Shown: positions 1-10,879, counted from the stretch's first letter. The stretch is 64,000 nt of DNA from Promethearchaeota archaeon (GCA_029838195.1 JALGVJ010000007.1:64001-128000), one strand, 5' to 3'. Notes: generated by a model not told the origin, from the letters alone. Translations and numbers: made by a program.

Positions 1-120
1 CTCTTCAAAATAGTCTTTATTTGGATCTATGAATTCCAAATAATTGGAATGATTTTGACAGATAACTCGCTTTTTTTCATCAATTTCAAATTTAGGTTCT
101 ATGAATTTTCTTGGCACCAT
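1..120 (-). CDS. N-terminal part of a hypothetical protein (runs off the window)
   Basis: Not in the ORF track. Manual translation from ATG at 120 gives MVPRKFIEPKFEIDEKKRVICQNHSNYLEFIDPNKDYFEE, open to base 1, starting 30 bp after the aldolase stop on the same strand. Confidence 0.6.
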   Translation of the reverse strand, partial: MVPRKFIEPKFEIDEKKRVICQNHSNYLEFIDPNKDYFEE

Positions 121-149
121 TTTTTTTCATGAAGTTTCTCAAATAAAGC

Positions 150-761
150 TTACCATTCGGAAAAGAATTTTTCTTTTGAATAATCTCTTTTTAAGGGTTT
201 TCCTGTCAGCATGGTATAATATCTCAACATTGCTGATTGTTCGGCTCCTGTTATATTTTGGAGGGCATCATATAACGTGTTTCCCTTAGCAAATACGCCA
301 TGCCCTCGAACGACTACAATAGGATAATTTTTTAATATTTTTGGAACTTCTCTGGCAGCATCAGCTGGTCCAGCGGGATTGTCTAATTCGATAATGGGAA
401 TTTTTCGATACATGTAGATTCCTTCAGCATCTAAGCAAGTGATTTCATCTTCAATAAATGATAAGATCACGCAAAATGGATTATGAGCGTGAATTACTGC
501 CATGGCATCCGTGTTTAAATAGATCTGGCGATGAACTTCTGTTTCTGTACTGGACAGCATTATACCCGAATCTGCGTTATATAAATCCGTTTCTATGATA
601 TCATCTGGCTCTAAATATCCTAGCATGGCACCCCGTCTTTTAATCAAGATTTTATTTCCACTCCTCATGGAAATATTTCCGGAATGAGACGTATTATACC
701 GATGTCGGGTTAAAATTTTACCCGTTATTTTAAACTGTTTAAAAGTTTCTTCATCAATCAT
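150..761 (-). CDS. Class II aldolase/adducin family protein (fuculose/rhamnulose-1-phosphate aldolase-like)
   Basis: SGNISMR, SSTETEVH, VIHAH and RGHGV Zn-binding motifs; 203 aa. Confidence 0.88.
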   Translation of the reverse strand: MIDEETFKQFKITGKILTRHRYNTSHSGNISMRSGNKILIKRRGAMLGYLEPDDIIETDLYNADSGIMLSSTETEVHRQIYLNTDAMAVIHAHNPFCVILSFIEDEITCLDAEGIYMYRKIPIIELDNPAGPADAAREVPKILKNYPIVVVRGHGVFAKGNTLYDALQNITGAEQSAMLRYYTMLTGKPLKRDYSKEKFFSEW

Positions 762-776
762 TTTCTCATTTTCTCT

Positions 777-2591
777 TTAATCTGATTCCATTAATCTCTC
801 TAATTTTAATCGGGTTAAGGTTTCATTAGTAGGGATTCCGTTATCATCCCATCCTCTAACCTTATAATATTCCTCCAGTAATTCTTCAAGAGGAACTACC
901 TTATTCTTAGAAGGTCCTTCCTTTAAAGGAATTTTTAAAAATCTATCGGGTAGCTTATCATCCTTGCGAGAAAAACCTTCTCTTATATTGAATAGTCGTT
1001 CTAGATTAAAGATTCTTTCTCCGATAATTATTAAATCTGTTATGGATAGGTTTTTATCTAATATCGTGTTCAAGAATCTCACCTGAAATTCAAATCCTAA
1101 CGCATATCCTACAAATTTACACGTAATTAAGGAATCTTCTACCGCACTCTGATTCTGTTTTAATGCTAATAAATCTCCTTTTCCTTTAACGGTAAATCGT
1201 TCAATTTTTTTAGGGACTCCAAGAATCTCTAACGCAATCATGTAGCCTGTTAAATGACAAGCCCCTCGGTTGCTAACTGCATAATTTAAAGCATGTCCAA
1301 ATGCCCCTCGGGGATCGTAAGCCGGTAACTCAAGACCTTTTACTTGTATTGCAGATTCTGGCGAGCCGTATTTAGATGCTAATCTCAATGAGCCTTCTGC
1401 TAACTCATTCCCGATTCCATTTCTTCCCGAAATCATCTCAATGAGATTTACCAGTTCCTTTCCATTCCCAAATTTAAGAAGCGGTTCATTTAATAAGCCC
1501 ATATCATGCAATTCCATGGCACATGCAATGGTAGAACCCGTTGATATGGTATCTAATCCTTGTTCATTACAAGCATAGTTCGCATGCGTAATTTCCTTTA
1601 GATCAAAGGTGCCCGTCAAGGGACCGAGAGACCATAATGACTCAAATTCAGGCCCTTTTCCTTTTAATTCTCCTGTATTCGTTAACCGTCCACATCGAAT
1701 CACGCAATTATAACAGCCTTCTTCTTTCTCCAGAAATCGTTCTCGCAATTCTTCCCCGCTAACTTGATCGATCAATTGAGGGGGAGTATAAGCCTCTTGA
1801 AAATTTCGCACGGGGAACATCCCAAAATGATTAATAACTTTCACTAAAGCAGCGGTTCCAAATAGAGCAAGACCTTGAGAGGTAATGGGCACGACTCTAA
1901 TCTTATCTAAAGCCAACGTGTTTAATTTTTTCAAGCGTTCCTTATCCTTTACCGGAAATTTTTTTTTACCATTTTTCACGACAATAGCTTTAATGTTTTT
2001 AGCACCCATTACCGCTCCTACACCTCCTCGTCCAAAAGCTCGATGTGCTTGATTCATTATCGAAGATATTTTAACCAGATTTTCACCCGCAGGACCAATG
2101 CATAAAATCTGGGAATTTCTACCTTCTAAGCCCTTTATTTTTTCAACGGTTTCCGTTATAGTTAATCCCCATAAGGAGTCCGCCTCTTTTATTTCTACCT
2201 TGTCATGACCATCTATAACAATATACCCTTTTTCATTCGTATTTAATCTGCCGGTCAAAAATAAAACATCATATCCACAGCGCTTAAAAAAAGGACCAAA
2301 ATATCCCCCTGTATTAGAATGAAAAATGGTATTAGTAAGAGGAGATTTAGTTACTAGCGAAAATCTCCCGCTCGTGGGAACCGTACTCCCCGTTAATGGC
2401 CCAACAGAAAAGATGAGAGGATTTGAGGGAGAGAGAGGATCTATTCCCTTTTTAATAGAACGCGTTAATAATTTAACGCCCAATCCCCTTCCTCCTAAAT
2501 AATCCTCCAAAATTTCCTCTTCTAGCTCAATTTCTTTAATTTTATTTTTCGATAATTCTATTTTCAATAGATTATTGTTCATTCCTAACAT
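777..2591 (-). CDS. aor: Aldehyde:ferredoxin oxidoreductase (W/Mo-pterin AOR family)
   Basis: LGGRGLG, KSPLT, GRGGVGAVMGAK, CYNCVIRC (4Fe-4S), DTISTG, RGACH, YYKVRGWD motifs; 604 aa. Confidence 0.95.
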   Translation of the reverse strand: MLGMNNNLLKIELSKNKIKEIELEEEILEDYLGGRGLGVKLLTRSIKKGIDPLSPSNPLIFSVGPLTGSTVPTSGRFSLVTKSPLTNTIFHSNTGGYFGPFFKRCGYDVLFLTGRLNTNEKGYIVIDGHDKVEIKEADSLWGLTITETVEKIKGLEGRNSQILCIGPAGENLVKISSIMNQAHRAFGRGGVGAVMGAKNIKAIVVKNGKKKFPVKDKERLKKLNTLALDKIRVVPITSQGLALFGTAALVKVINHFGMFPVRNFQEAYTPPQLIDQVSGEELRERFLEKEEGCYNCVIRCGRLTNTGELKGKGPEFESLWSLGPLTGTFDLKEITHANYACNEQGLDTISTGSTIACAMELHDMGLLNEPLLKFGNGKELVNLIEMISGRNGIGNELAEGSLRLASKYGSPESAIQVKGLELPAYDPRGAFGHALNYAVSNRGACHLTGYMIALEILGVPKKIERFTVKGKGDLLALKQNQSAVEDSLITCKFVGYALGFEFQVRFLNTILDKNLSITDLIIIGERIFNLERLFNIREGFSRKDDKLPDRFLKIPLKEGPSKNKVVPLEELLEEYYKVRGWDDNGIPTNETLTRLKLERLMESD

Positions 2592-2716
2592 CGTCTATAT
2601 TCCCTTATATCTTCTTATTTCTTCCTTTTTCTTCTTTTTTAATTTAATTAATTTTACTTCTTGCTTATTGCAATTTTTGAGAATTTTAAGTTCAAAGGAA
2701 ATTCATAAGATAGCAA

Positions 2717-3985
2717 TTATCTCCTTTTTAGCAACACGTCTTTTTCATATTTTTTCATGGATTGAATCCACTCGAAATCCAAGGGTACATGCATTTCATT
2801 ACAATAGTAATTCCAAACAGCTCCAATTGGTACTGTTTTTAAATCTTCCAATAGTGCCAAGCGGCGCGTATAATCGCCTTCTTCCTCAATTTCTCGAAGG
2901 TGATCCCAAGGTTTTAATAATGCCATGAGGAGAGCTTTTAAGATAGCCCTTAGACCAATTACATAAGCTGCGATTCTATTAATGGATGCATCAAACCAAT
3001 CCGTACAGACAAAAATCTTGTCTGGAGCATTACATTTTACTATTTCTTCCATGATCTGGATGATTTCATCGTTTAAGATAACTACATGGTCGGAATCCCA
3101 TCGCACCCCCCGACTCAAATGGAATACAATGCCTTCTATAAAAGGAAGAACGGCACTAATTTTATCTGCTATCGATTCTGTGGGATGATAATGTCCGATA
3201 TCGAAGGTGATTAAGGTTTTATTTGTAATGGCGTAACTCAAGTAAAAATCATGAGTTCCGACAACATACGATTCACTTCCGATTCCAAATAATTTTCCCT
3301 CTAATGAATCCCTCATGTATTGCTTGGGATACTTTTCTGCTAAGATCTCATCCAGCGCATCTTTTAACATCATCCTATATTTCATTCTGTCAATGGGAAT
3401 ATCCTTCATTCCATCGGGAATCCAAATATTGTGAATGCAAGCATGATTTAGCTGTTTCCCGATTTTTGCACTAATTTCCCTGCATCTCTTTACGTGATTA
3501 ATCCAAAAAGTCCTGATTTCCTTGTCATTGCTTGTTAATGTAAATCCGCTCTCTGCTTTCGGATGCGAAAACAAGGTACAATTAAAATCAAGATGAATTC
3601 CCATTGTCTTTGCCCAATCAATCCAATTTTGAAAATGGTCAATAGTAATTTGATCCCTATCCACTCTCTTTCCTTTAAAATCACCATAGCTGGCGTGTAA
3701 GCTGATTCCATGTTTTCCTGGAACTAGAGAAAGGACCTTTTCTAAATCCTGTTGTAGTTCAGAAATCGATCGTGCTTTTCCGGGATATCTTCCCGTGACT
3801 TGGATACCCCCTCCTTTTAATTCAGCCTCAGGAGTTTCAAACCCACCCACGTCATCTCCTTGCCAACAATGGATGGATAATGAATAAGATTGCAGTTGCT
3901 TTAAGACCGTGGCCGTATTGATTCCGAATTCTTCAAAAAACTCTTGAGCTTGGTCATAGGCATTATTAATTTTTTCGTCATTCAT
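2717..3985 (-). CDS. rhaA: L-rhamnose isomerase
   Basis: SIHCWQGDDVGGFE, WIPDGMKD, FGIGSESYVVG, GHYHPTE, HLSRGVRWDSDHVV, FDASINR signatures. Confidence 0.96.
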   Translation of the reverse strand: MNDEKINNAYDQAQEFFEEFGINTATVLKQLQSYSLSIHCWQGDDVGGFETPEAELKGGGIQVTGRYPGKARSISELQQDLEKVLSLVPGKHGISLHASYGDFKGKRVDRDQITIDHFQNWIDWAKTMGIHLDFNCTLFSHPKAESGFTLTSNDKEIRTFWINHVKRCREISAKIGKQLNHACIHNIWIPDGMKDIPIDRMKYRMMLKDALDEILAEKYPKQYMRDSLEGKLFGIGSESYVVGTHDFYLSYAITNKTLITFDIGHYHPTESIADKISAVLPFIEGIVFHLSRGVRWDSDHVVILNDEIIQIMEEIVKCNAPDKIFVCTDWFDASINRIAAYVIGLRAILKALLMALLKPWDHLREIEEEGDYTRRLALLEDLKTVPIGAVWNYYCNEMHVPLDFEWIQSMKKYEKDVLLKRR

Positions 3986-4251
3986 CTTTTAATTGTTTGT
4001 TTTTTTAATTTTCTACTTTGATTCAAAATGTATCATTTATCAATTACACAAAAAAATACCAATAAAGAAGTTAAATTCAAGATTTCCATCCGAGATTATT
4101 ACTTATTGTTTATTTTTTTAAATATCAGCAAATTAATTTTTTATTTAACCACTTTTTGAATATTCCAATAAAATTCTTCTTATCTTCAACTGGCATGATA
4201 ATCATTTAATTTAGAACATGAGAGTTTTTTATACTCATGATCTCATTTTTA

Positions 4252-5772
4252 TCAATATTTCTTCTTAAAATTAATTTTTAAATATTTTTCATATGCTTTT
4301 TCCCAATCTTCCGTGTTATCAGGAAAATATTGCTGTAGGGGAAAAGAATTCCTTACAATTGCTCGCAAGTGTTGTAAGGTTTCCACGGTTCCCGTAGCTA
4401 ACCCTTGTACTAAAATATTACCTATAGTCGTGGCTTCACTGGGTCCAGCAAGGACCGGAAGATTCATGGCATTGGATGTGAATTGACATAAAAGAGCATT
4501 TTTGCTCCCGCCCCCAATTACGTGAAAAATTTTTATTTTATTTCCTGTAATATTTTCTAAAAATTCTAATACTTGCTTGTATCGAAATGCCAAGCTTTCG
4601 AAAATCATGCGGGCAATTTCTCCTATGGTTCCCGGTATTTCTTGAGAAGTTTTTTTACAATAATCTTGGACTGCGTGGATCATGTTAGGAGGGTTTAAAA
4701 AGGATGAATCGTCGGGGTTCAAGAAAAATTTAAATGGAGCTGCGTTCTCTGCTTCTTTCATTATATCATCCCAAGTTATTTTTCCGTGTTTCATTTCCCA
4801 AGCCCGTTTCACTTCTTGAATTAGCCATAACCCCGTGATATTTTTTAAAAAACGAATCGTACCGTCAACGCCTCCCTCGTTAGTAAAATTATATTTCAAT
4901 GCATTTGTATTGATTATCGGGGCATTTAATTCGACCCCTAATAAACTCCACGTGCCTGAACTAATATAAGCCCATTCGCCTCTTTTATATTCCTTCATAT
5001 CAGCGGGTACAGCAGCAACTGCGGAAGCTGTATCATGACCTGCTGTAGCCACGATTTTAATTGAAGGATCTATCCCTAAATCGTTAGAGATTTCTTTTCT
5101 AATGTTACCTAAAACGGTTCCCGGGTTAATTATCTCACAAAACCACTCTTTTTTCAAACCTAATTTCTCTATTAAATTAAAATCCCATGTGCCTTGCCTT
5201 GAATTACATAATTGAGAAGTTGACGCAATTGTATATTCGGATTTTTTAATTCCTGATAATAAAAAGTTAAAATAATCCGGGATCATTAATATGGTACTTG
5301 CAATTTTAAGACGAGGCGAATTGGAATGTACCATGGAAAAAAGATGCACCGAGGTATTTATGGGCATGAATTGAATGCCTGTATGGTCAAAAATTTCTTC
5401 TTTTGGCACGATTTTAAACATTTCCTCCAGCATGCCTTCCGTTCGATTGTCCCGATAATGCTTTACAGGCCCAATGAGCTCATCATTGCTGTCCAATAAA
5501 ACATGGTCCACGCCCCAAGTATCCACGCCAATGCTACTCACTTTTTCTCCATGTTCATTTACAAATATCTTTAACCCCTCTAATACCTGACGATAAATAT
5601 ATAATATATCCCAATACATTGAGTTAAACACTCGAATTCCCTCATTAGGGAACCTATATATTTCTTTTAAAGTGAGTGTCCCCTCATTTAACGTTCCCAT
5701 TATAACCCTGCCTGAACTAGCGCCCAAATCAATTCCCAAATAGTTATCGTCAGATATCTCTATTTTTCTCAT
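4252..5772 (-). CDS. rhaB: Rhamnulokinase (FGGY kinase)
   Basis: GIDLGASSGR, GVDTWGVD, GHDTASAV, ISSGTWSLLG, FTNEGG, RFLKNITGLW motifs; adjacent to rhaA. Confidence 0.93.
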   Translation of the reverse strand: MRKIEISDDNYLGIDLGASSGRVIMGTLNEGTLTLKEIYRFPNEGIRVFNSMYWDILYIYRQVLEGLKIFVNEHGEKVSSIGVDTWGVDHVLLDSNDELIGPVKHYRDNRTEGMLEEMFKIVPKEEIFDHTGIQFMPINTSVHLFSMVHSNSPRLKIASTILMIPDYFNFLLSGIKKSEYTIASTSQLCNSRQGTWDFNLIEKLGLKKEWFCEIINPGTVLGNIRKEISNDLGIDPSIKIVATAGHDTASAVAAVPADMKEYKRGEWAYISSGTWSLLGVELNAPIINTNALKYNFTNEGGVDGTIRFLKNITGLWLIQEVKRAWEMKHGKITWDDIMKEAENAAPFKFFLNPDDSSFLNPPNMIHAVQDYCKKTSQEIPGTIGEIARMIFESLAFRYKQVLEFLENITGNKIKIFHVIGGGSKNALLCQFTSNAMNLPVLAGPSEATTIGNILVQGLATGTVETLQHLRAIVRNSFPLQQYFPDNTEDWEKAYEKYLKINFKKKY

Positions 5773-6000
5773 TTGATTTTTTTTTCTCCTTAATTTCCCG
5801 TGAAACGAATTAATGAGGACTAATTTATTTTAATTTTTTTTAATTTTCTCGTGCATGTAAATATATTGATACACTCTTATAAAGAATTATCAATTTCATT
5901 TAATATTCAATTCTAAAAATAATAAATTTAAATAAAATCACATTTAAATATAAAAAAACGATATTAAGAAATATTATAACAAAATATAGCATGAAATATC

Positions 6001-7431
6001 ATGTCAGAATTAAAACCCTTACCAGAAGATGGGCAGACGAGCGAAATTAAAGCGTCCAATAAAAAGATTTTTTCGTATAGTTTTGTTTTTTTCGTTTTTA
6101 GCCTCTTCGGATATGGACAATTTTTAGCACTTTATGAGATAAACGTGTTTGGAGCCGCTGGCTTGACTACCTCAGAGGCAGGATTCATGGTTTCTCTGAT
6201 CATGGGTATATTTACCATCTGGAACATGATTAACGATCCTTTTGCTGGTTGGTTAACAGACCGGCCCACCAGATGGGTGAAAAAATGGGGATATCGATTT
6301 CCATGGATTCTAATAGGAATTCTGCCAACGATTTTCTTCTGGTTCCTCATTTGGGTGCCTCCCGATGCAGATGCCTCTAATCCTTGGCCAGTTTTCTTTT
6401 ATGCTCTTATTGTTCTATGTCTGTTCGATTTTTTTTATTCCATCTTTAGCACCCAAGCCTTAGGTTCCTATCCCGTTCATTTTCGCTCAGAATCTGATAG
6501 AAGAAAAGCAGGTGTACTTGTCATGGCACTCGGAGGAATAGCTGTTTTCTTATTTTCAATCATTAACTCATTAACTCTTAACATATACGATAAAAACTCA
6601 TTTAGAAACATGGCAATTGTTTTAATCATCATCCAATTGATTGGAGTTTTATTATTCATTCCGGGTGTACGAGAAACGAAAGAAATCACGGATCTCTTTT
6701 TATGGGGCTATGAGCACACTGAAAAGACTTCCTTTTTCCAAGCATTAAAAATAGCCGTGACCTCAAAAAATTTCATGATCTCAACTTTTGCTTATCTCAT
6801 GATCTCCTGTTCTGCGGCGTTAGTTGGAGCATCCTCAATCTATTGGTACAAGCATGCCATAAATACGCCTTATACTTATTTAACCATAGCCTCTATCATC
6901 CAACTAACTTGTTACATCCTTTTCATGCCGCTCTGGAGCAGGGTGGCTAATAAAATAGGAACATTTAAAACTTATTTCTTGGGATTGGTGTTAATGGGAG
7001 TGAACGGAGTCCTAGCGTTTTTCTTCGTGTATGATTTTACCATGGAACTAATCATGCAGCCTCTGTATGGCGCTGGGAACGCTTGCTTCTATATAATGGT
7101 TCAGCCGATTCTATCCGACGTTTATGACGAGGTTACGGTGAAAACAGGGAAACACCAAGAGGCTTCCTTATTGGGTATTAGAAATTTTTTCTTTCGTTTA
7201 GCAGTTTTTGTCTCAATTTTTATAGTCACAGGAGTGCACGTGCTCACTGCCTATGACATCACTCCCGGCGCAATACAGCCTTCTTCAGCAATATTAGGCG
7301 TGCGCTTACACTCTGCTTTAATTCCGGCGCTTTTTAATTTCTGTGGAGCTATAGTATTTTACCTTTTTTATGACCTCTACGGGGAGAAAAAGAAATTAAT
7401 CCAACAAAAAATGGTTGAAATGAAGCTTTAA
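6001..7431 (+). CDS. MFS transporter, glycoside-pentoside-hexuronide (GPH/MelB-like) family
   Basis: About 12 hydrophobic segments; WNMINDPFAGWLTDR...WGYRFPW motif; divergent from rhaB. Confidence 0.88.
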   Translation: MSELKPLPEDGQTSEIKASNKKIFSYSFVFFVFSLFGYGQFLALYEINVFGAAGLTTSEAGFMVSLIMGIFTIWNMINDPFAGWLTDRPTRWVKKWGYRFPWILIGILPTIFFWFLIWVPPDADASNPWPVFFYALIVLCLFDFFYSIFSTQALGSYPVHFRSESDRRKAGVLVMALGGIAVFLFSIINSLTLNIYDKNSFRNMAIVLIIIQLIGVLLFIPGVRETKEITDLFLWGYEHTEKTSFFQALKIAVTSKNFMISTFAYLMISCSAALVGASSIYWYKHAINTPYTYLTIASIIQLTCYILFMPLWSRVANKIGTFKTYFLGLVLMGVNGVLAFFFVYDFTMELIMQPLYGAGNACFYIMVQPILSDVYDEVTVKTGKHQEASLLGIRNFFFRLAVFVSIFIVTGVHVLTAYDITPGAIQPSSAILGVRLHSALIPALFNFCGAIVFYLFYDLYGEKKKLIQQKMVEMKL

Positions 7432-7586
7432 AGGAGGTTAACTAAAAATTTTAATCTTTCTTTTTTTTTTACATGCTTTCTTTTTATCATTAAGGTTCTT
7501 TTCTCAAGAAAATGAAATTTCAATTCAAAAAAAAATAAAAAAACCTCTAAATATCAAATAAATAGGTATTAGCACTCGTTTAACGG

Positions 7587-9149
7587 TTAAGATTGAAATT
7601 GGTCTTTGGGAACTTGCATTAAAGAATTAATCAAATCTGACACGGCTTGCGCTGTTGGACCCAATTTTTCCATATCTATTTTATCTAAGGTATCTTCAGC
7701 TGTAAGCAAGTAATACGGGCTGCGAATCCAATGAATGATCTGCAAATTTTCCGATTGAATAAAAAAATGCCCTGCCTCACCGATTGGGGGTGTTGCAAAG
7801 AAATTATCGGGGATTATAATCATTTGGTCAATGGAATGTTCTTGAATGGCCTTGATAGTATGAGCGATAATGGTTTCATTCTTAGTAAGAAAAACAGCGC
7901 CCATGGCTAAGTTATTAGTAAATTTAAATTCATGAGAAATTGGATCTTCAATGACTTCTTTAGCACAAGCATGTTCTAAATTTACATCTACCAGGACTTT
8001 TTTTAATAGGGAATCTTTATAGGTTCGAGCAAAATTTTCTGCCCCGATTCCCCCATATAGATGTCCAGCTGTAATAATAAATAATAAGGAATAAGGCCGT
8101 TGACTTTTAGGAATCTGGCTCCATGCACGCAGTTGAGCTAATACCATAGCAACGCCAGTTCCATCTTCAGATGCTCCTTGGAACGCTGAATCGTGATGAC
8201 TGGAAATCATAATAAGATCATCAGACATTCCGGGCAAGATTCCCCAAATATTATGAGCCGTGCTTGGTTCTTTATAGCCTTCCAGAATGAGGTGTCCTTC
8301 GCATTGTTCGGATTGTATTAGTTCTCTTAATTTCATGCCATCATATTTTCCAACGTAGACTCCAGGTAAATCTTTCATTGCTCCATCATATGGCCCCCAA
8401 TGCGTATTTATATTCGTGGGATAATCTTTTAAGATTAAAACAAGTCCGGCAGCCCCCCGTTGGAGCGCACGCCAATAGACGGAATCTTTTCTGGGGTTGC
8501 CTCCTAAGGCTTGGGGAGGAAAATTGGTAAGTGCAAATGTCAGTATTAATTCCGTGGTATTATCAATTTTGTTAAATGGATCTGCAACATGATAAGGTTT
8601 TGCTAATTTTAATAATTTTCCCAGAGGTAAGGTGGGAAAAATAATATCCGCTACCACGATTTTGCCTTTTACATCCACATTCTTAAAATCTTTATCCATT
8701 CCAGTACCCACATAGACTAATGGTGCCTTAATACCTTCTTTTCCCGTAAAAGCCATGTTTAATACATAAAAACATGGAATTTCAACGGTTTTTGATGAGG
8801 ATTTAACCGTTAATTTCCAATTAGTAGCCACCCAATTAATGACCTCGAGGGCGTCTTTTTTGACTTGTTCAAGCCCGCATTCCTTAAATACTTGTTCGAT
8901 AAAATCTTCAATTTCATGAGCTTCCTTAGTCCCAATTCTACGATGAGGAACAGAACAGATTTTCTCTAAATCCTTTTGAATGACTTGAGAATCAGGAACG
9001 TGAATGGCGGCTTTTTGAAAAGGTATGTGGGGCAAGAGTTTCTCTGTTTTTTTCCTAATTTTTCTCATGGAGGGAATTAATTTAATTAAATTCAGCAAGA
9101 ATTTTTTTTTCGAAAGTTTAAATTCCGTAGTGGGATAATTTTCGGTCAT
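7587..9149 (-). CDS. M28 family peptidase with PA domain
   Basis: HRRIGT, PA insert (APLVYVG...DVKGKIVV), SSHHDS, ASEDGTG, TAGH. Confidence 0.75.
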   Translation of the reverse strand: MTENYPTTEFKLSKKKFLLNLIKLIPSMRKIRKKTEKLLPHIPFQKAAIHVPDSQVIQKDLEKICSVPHRRIGTKEAHEIEDFIEQVFKECGLEQVKKDALEVINWVATNWKLTVKSSSKTVEIPCFYVLNMAFTGKEGIKAPLVYVGTGMDKDFKNVDVKGKIVVADIIFPTLPLGKLLKLAKPYHVADPFNKIDNTTELILTFALTNFPPQALGGNPRKDSVYWRALQRGAAGLVLILKDYPTNINTHWGPYDGAMKDLPGVYVGKYDGMKLRELIQSEQCEGHLILEGYKEPSTAHNIWGILPGMSDDLIMISSHHDSAFQGASEDGTGVAMVLAQLRAWSQIPKSQRPYSLLFIITAGHLYGGIGAENFARTYKDSLLKKVLVDVNLEHACAKEVIEDPISHEFKFTNNLAMGAVFLTKNETIIAHTIKAIQEHSIDQMIIIPDNFFATPPIGEAGHFFIQSENLQIIHWIRSPYYLLTAEDTLDKIDMEKLGPTAQAVSDLINSLMQVPKDQFQS

Positions 9150-9538
9150 GATTTAATTTAATAAGGTTTAATCAAATTGTTTTAATTGAATAAAAATATA
9201 CTTGAGAAGTATTAAAAGTATTGCATGAAAATACTCATTTTATTGGGGTATAACTGTCTACTACGAATGAATTCGACATGATTTTAGGTGGGATAGAGAG
9301 TGTTTTTGTCGGTTATTGATAAACAATTGTTAAATTTCCATCAATCATAGCGAATCAAAAATAGACTCAATTAAATTTAAAATAATCTGTTCTGCATTCA
9401 AATAGACCAATTAATAGACAGATTTAATTTTTCTTACATCTTATTAGGATTTTATTTTTTAATGAGGATTAAATAATCTTAATAGAGATAAAAAAAACCT
9501 ACCTTTCAATTTTAAAAAATCAAAAATAGGGATAATGG

Positions 9539-10789
9539 ATGAAGGCAATAAAATTGGATGAAAATATTTATTGGGTCGGTGCAAATATCCATACGGAAGA
9601 TTTATTTGAAGGCATCTGGCCCATTCCACATGGCGTGGCTTTAAATTCCTATGTCGTGAAAGGAGAAAAAATTGCTCTCGTTGAATTAGTAAAAGAATGG
9701 GGAAATGCGTCCCAAACACTAATAAGACGCCTCCGATCTATCAATTTAAAATTATCGGATATCGATTATCTCATCCTTAATCATTTAGAACCAGATCATA
9801 CGGGTTTTACTCATTTACTTAAATCAATTAACCCGGATATTGAAATTGTTGCCACGGAAAAAGGGACTGCTCTTGTGGATGCATTCTATGGGATAAAAGA
9901 AAACGTGCGCGCTGTTAAAACTGGAGATACGTTAGATCTTGGCAATGGATTCGTGTTTAAGTTTGTAGAAATCCCTAATGTTCATTGGCCTGAAACCATG
10001 GCTACTTATGAGATGAAATCTAAAATTTTATTCTCAAGCGATGCATTTGGCTCATTTGGTGTTCATAAAGGAAGCATTTTTGAAGATGAAACTCCTCAAG
10101 CATATTTGCCATACTGGGAAAACGAAATGTTACGTTATTATGCCAATATAGTTGCGATGTTTTCACCCATGGTCTTGAAAGCAATAGATTCTTTAGCTGG
10201 TGTGGATATTAAAATGATTGCCCCCTCCCACGGCTTGGTATGGAGAGGTAAACCTGAAGTAGTAATAAATAAATATATAAGATATGCGAATTACAATAGA
10301 GATCATGCAGAACCGGAAATATGCTTGATCTGGGGAAGCATGTACGGAAATACTGAAGTCATGGTAAATGCTATTCTGAAAGGAATTGCAAGCGAAGGTG
10401 TTCCGGTTACGGTTCATAGAGTTCCTAACGAAGATGTTTCATTCATCCTTGCCGATGCATATAAATCTGCGGGATTAGTAATCGGATGCCCCACGTATGA
10501 ATATGAGATGTTTCCGCCAATGAAATATTGTTTAGATCTATTTAAAAAGAAGCATTTATGGTACAAGAAAGTGCTGTTCTTCGGATCGTACGGTTGGAGT
10601 GGAGGTGCTCAAAAAGATTTCGATGAGCTTAGTAAATCTATGAAATGGGACATGTTGGAACCGCTTACATTTAGAGGGCATCCTACTGACGAACAATTTG
10701 AAAAAGGAGTGAAATTAGGGACGGAATTGGCAAGAGAAGTTAAAAAAATTCCATCAAAAATAAAAAATGAGGAGTATGGTATGAAATAG
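9539..10789 (+). CDS. fprA: Flavodiiron protein (FprA/A-type flavoprotein; O2/NO reductase)
   Basis: HLEPDH, HWPET, SSDAFG, PSHG di-iron motifs, then a flavodoxin domain (SMYGNT, FGSYGWSGG). Confidence 0.94.
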   Translation: MKAIKLDENIYWVGANIHTEDLFEGIWPIPHGVALNSYVVKGEKIALVELVKEWGNASQTLIRRLRSINLKLSDIDYLILNHLEPDHTGFTHLLKSINPDIEIVATEKGTALVDAFYGIKENVRAVKTGDTLDLGNGFVFKFVEIPNVHWPETMATYEMKSKILFSSDAFGSFGVHKGSIFEDETPQAYLPYWENEMLRYYANIVAMFSPMVLKAIDSLAGVDIKMIAPSHGLVWRGKPEVVINKYIRYANYNRDHAEPEICLIWGSMYGNTEVMVNAILKGIASEGVPVTVHRVPNEDVSFILADAYKSAGLVIGCPTYEYEMFPPMKYCLDLFKKKHLWYKKVLFFGSYGWSGGAQKDFDELSKSMKWDMLEPLTFRGHPTDEQFEKGVKLGTELAREVKKIPSKIKNEEYGMK

Positions 10790-10879
10790 CTTTTCATTTT
10801 GAAGTGCCATGTTATTTTTTTTTATCTTATTTTTTTCATGATTCACGTCGTCATCGAATCAACCATTTTTTACCATGTT

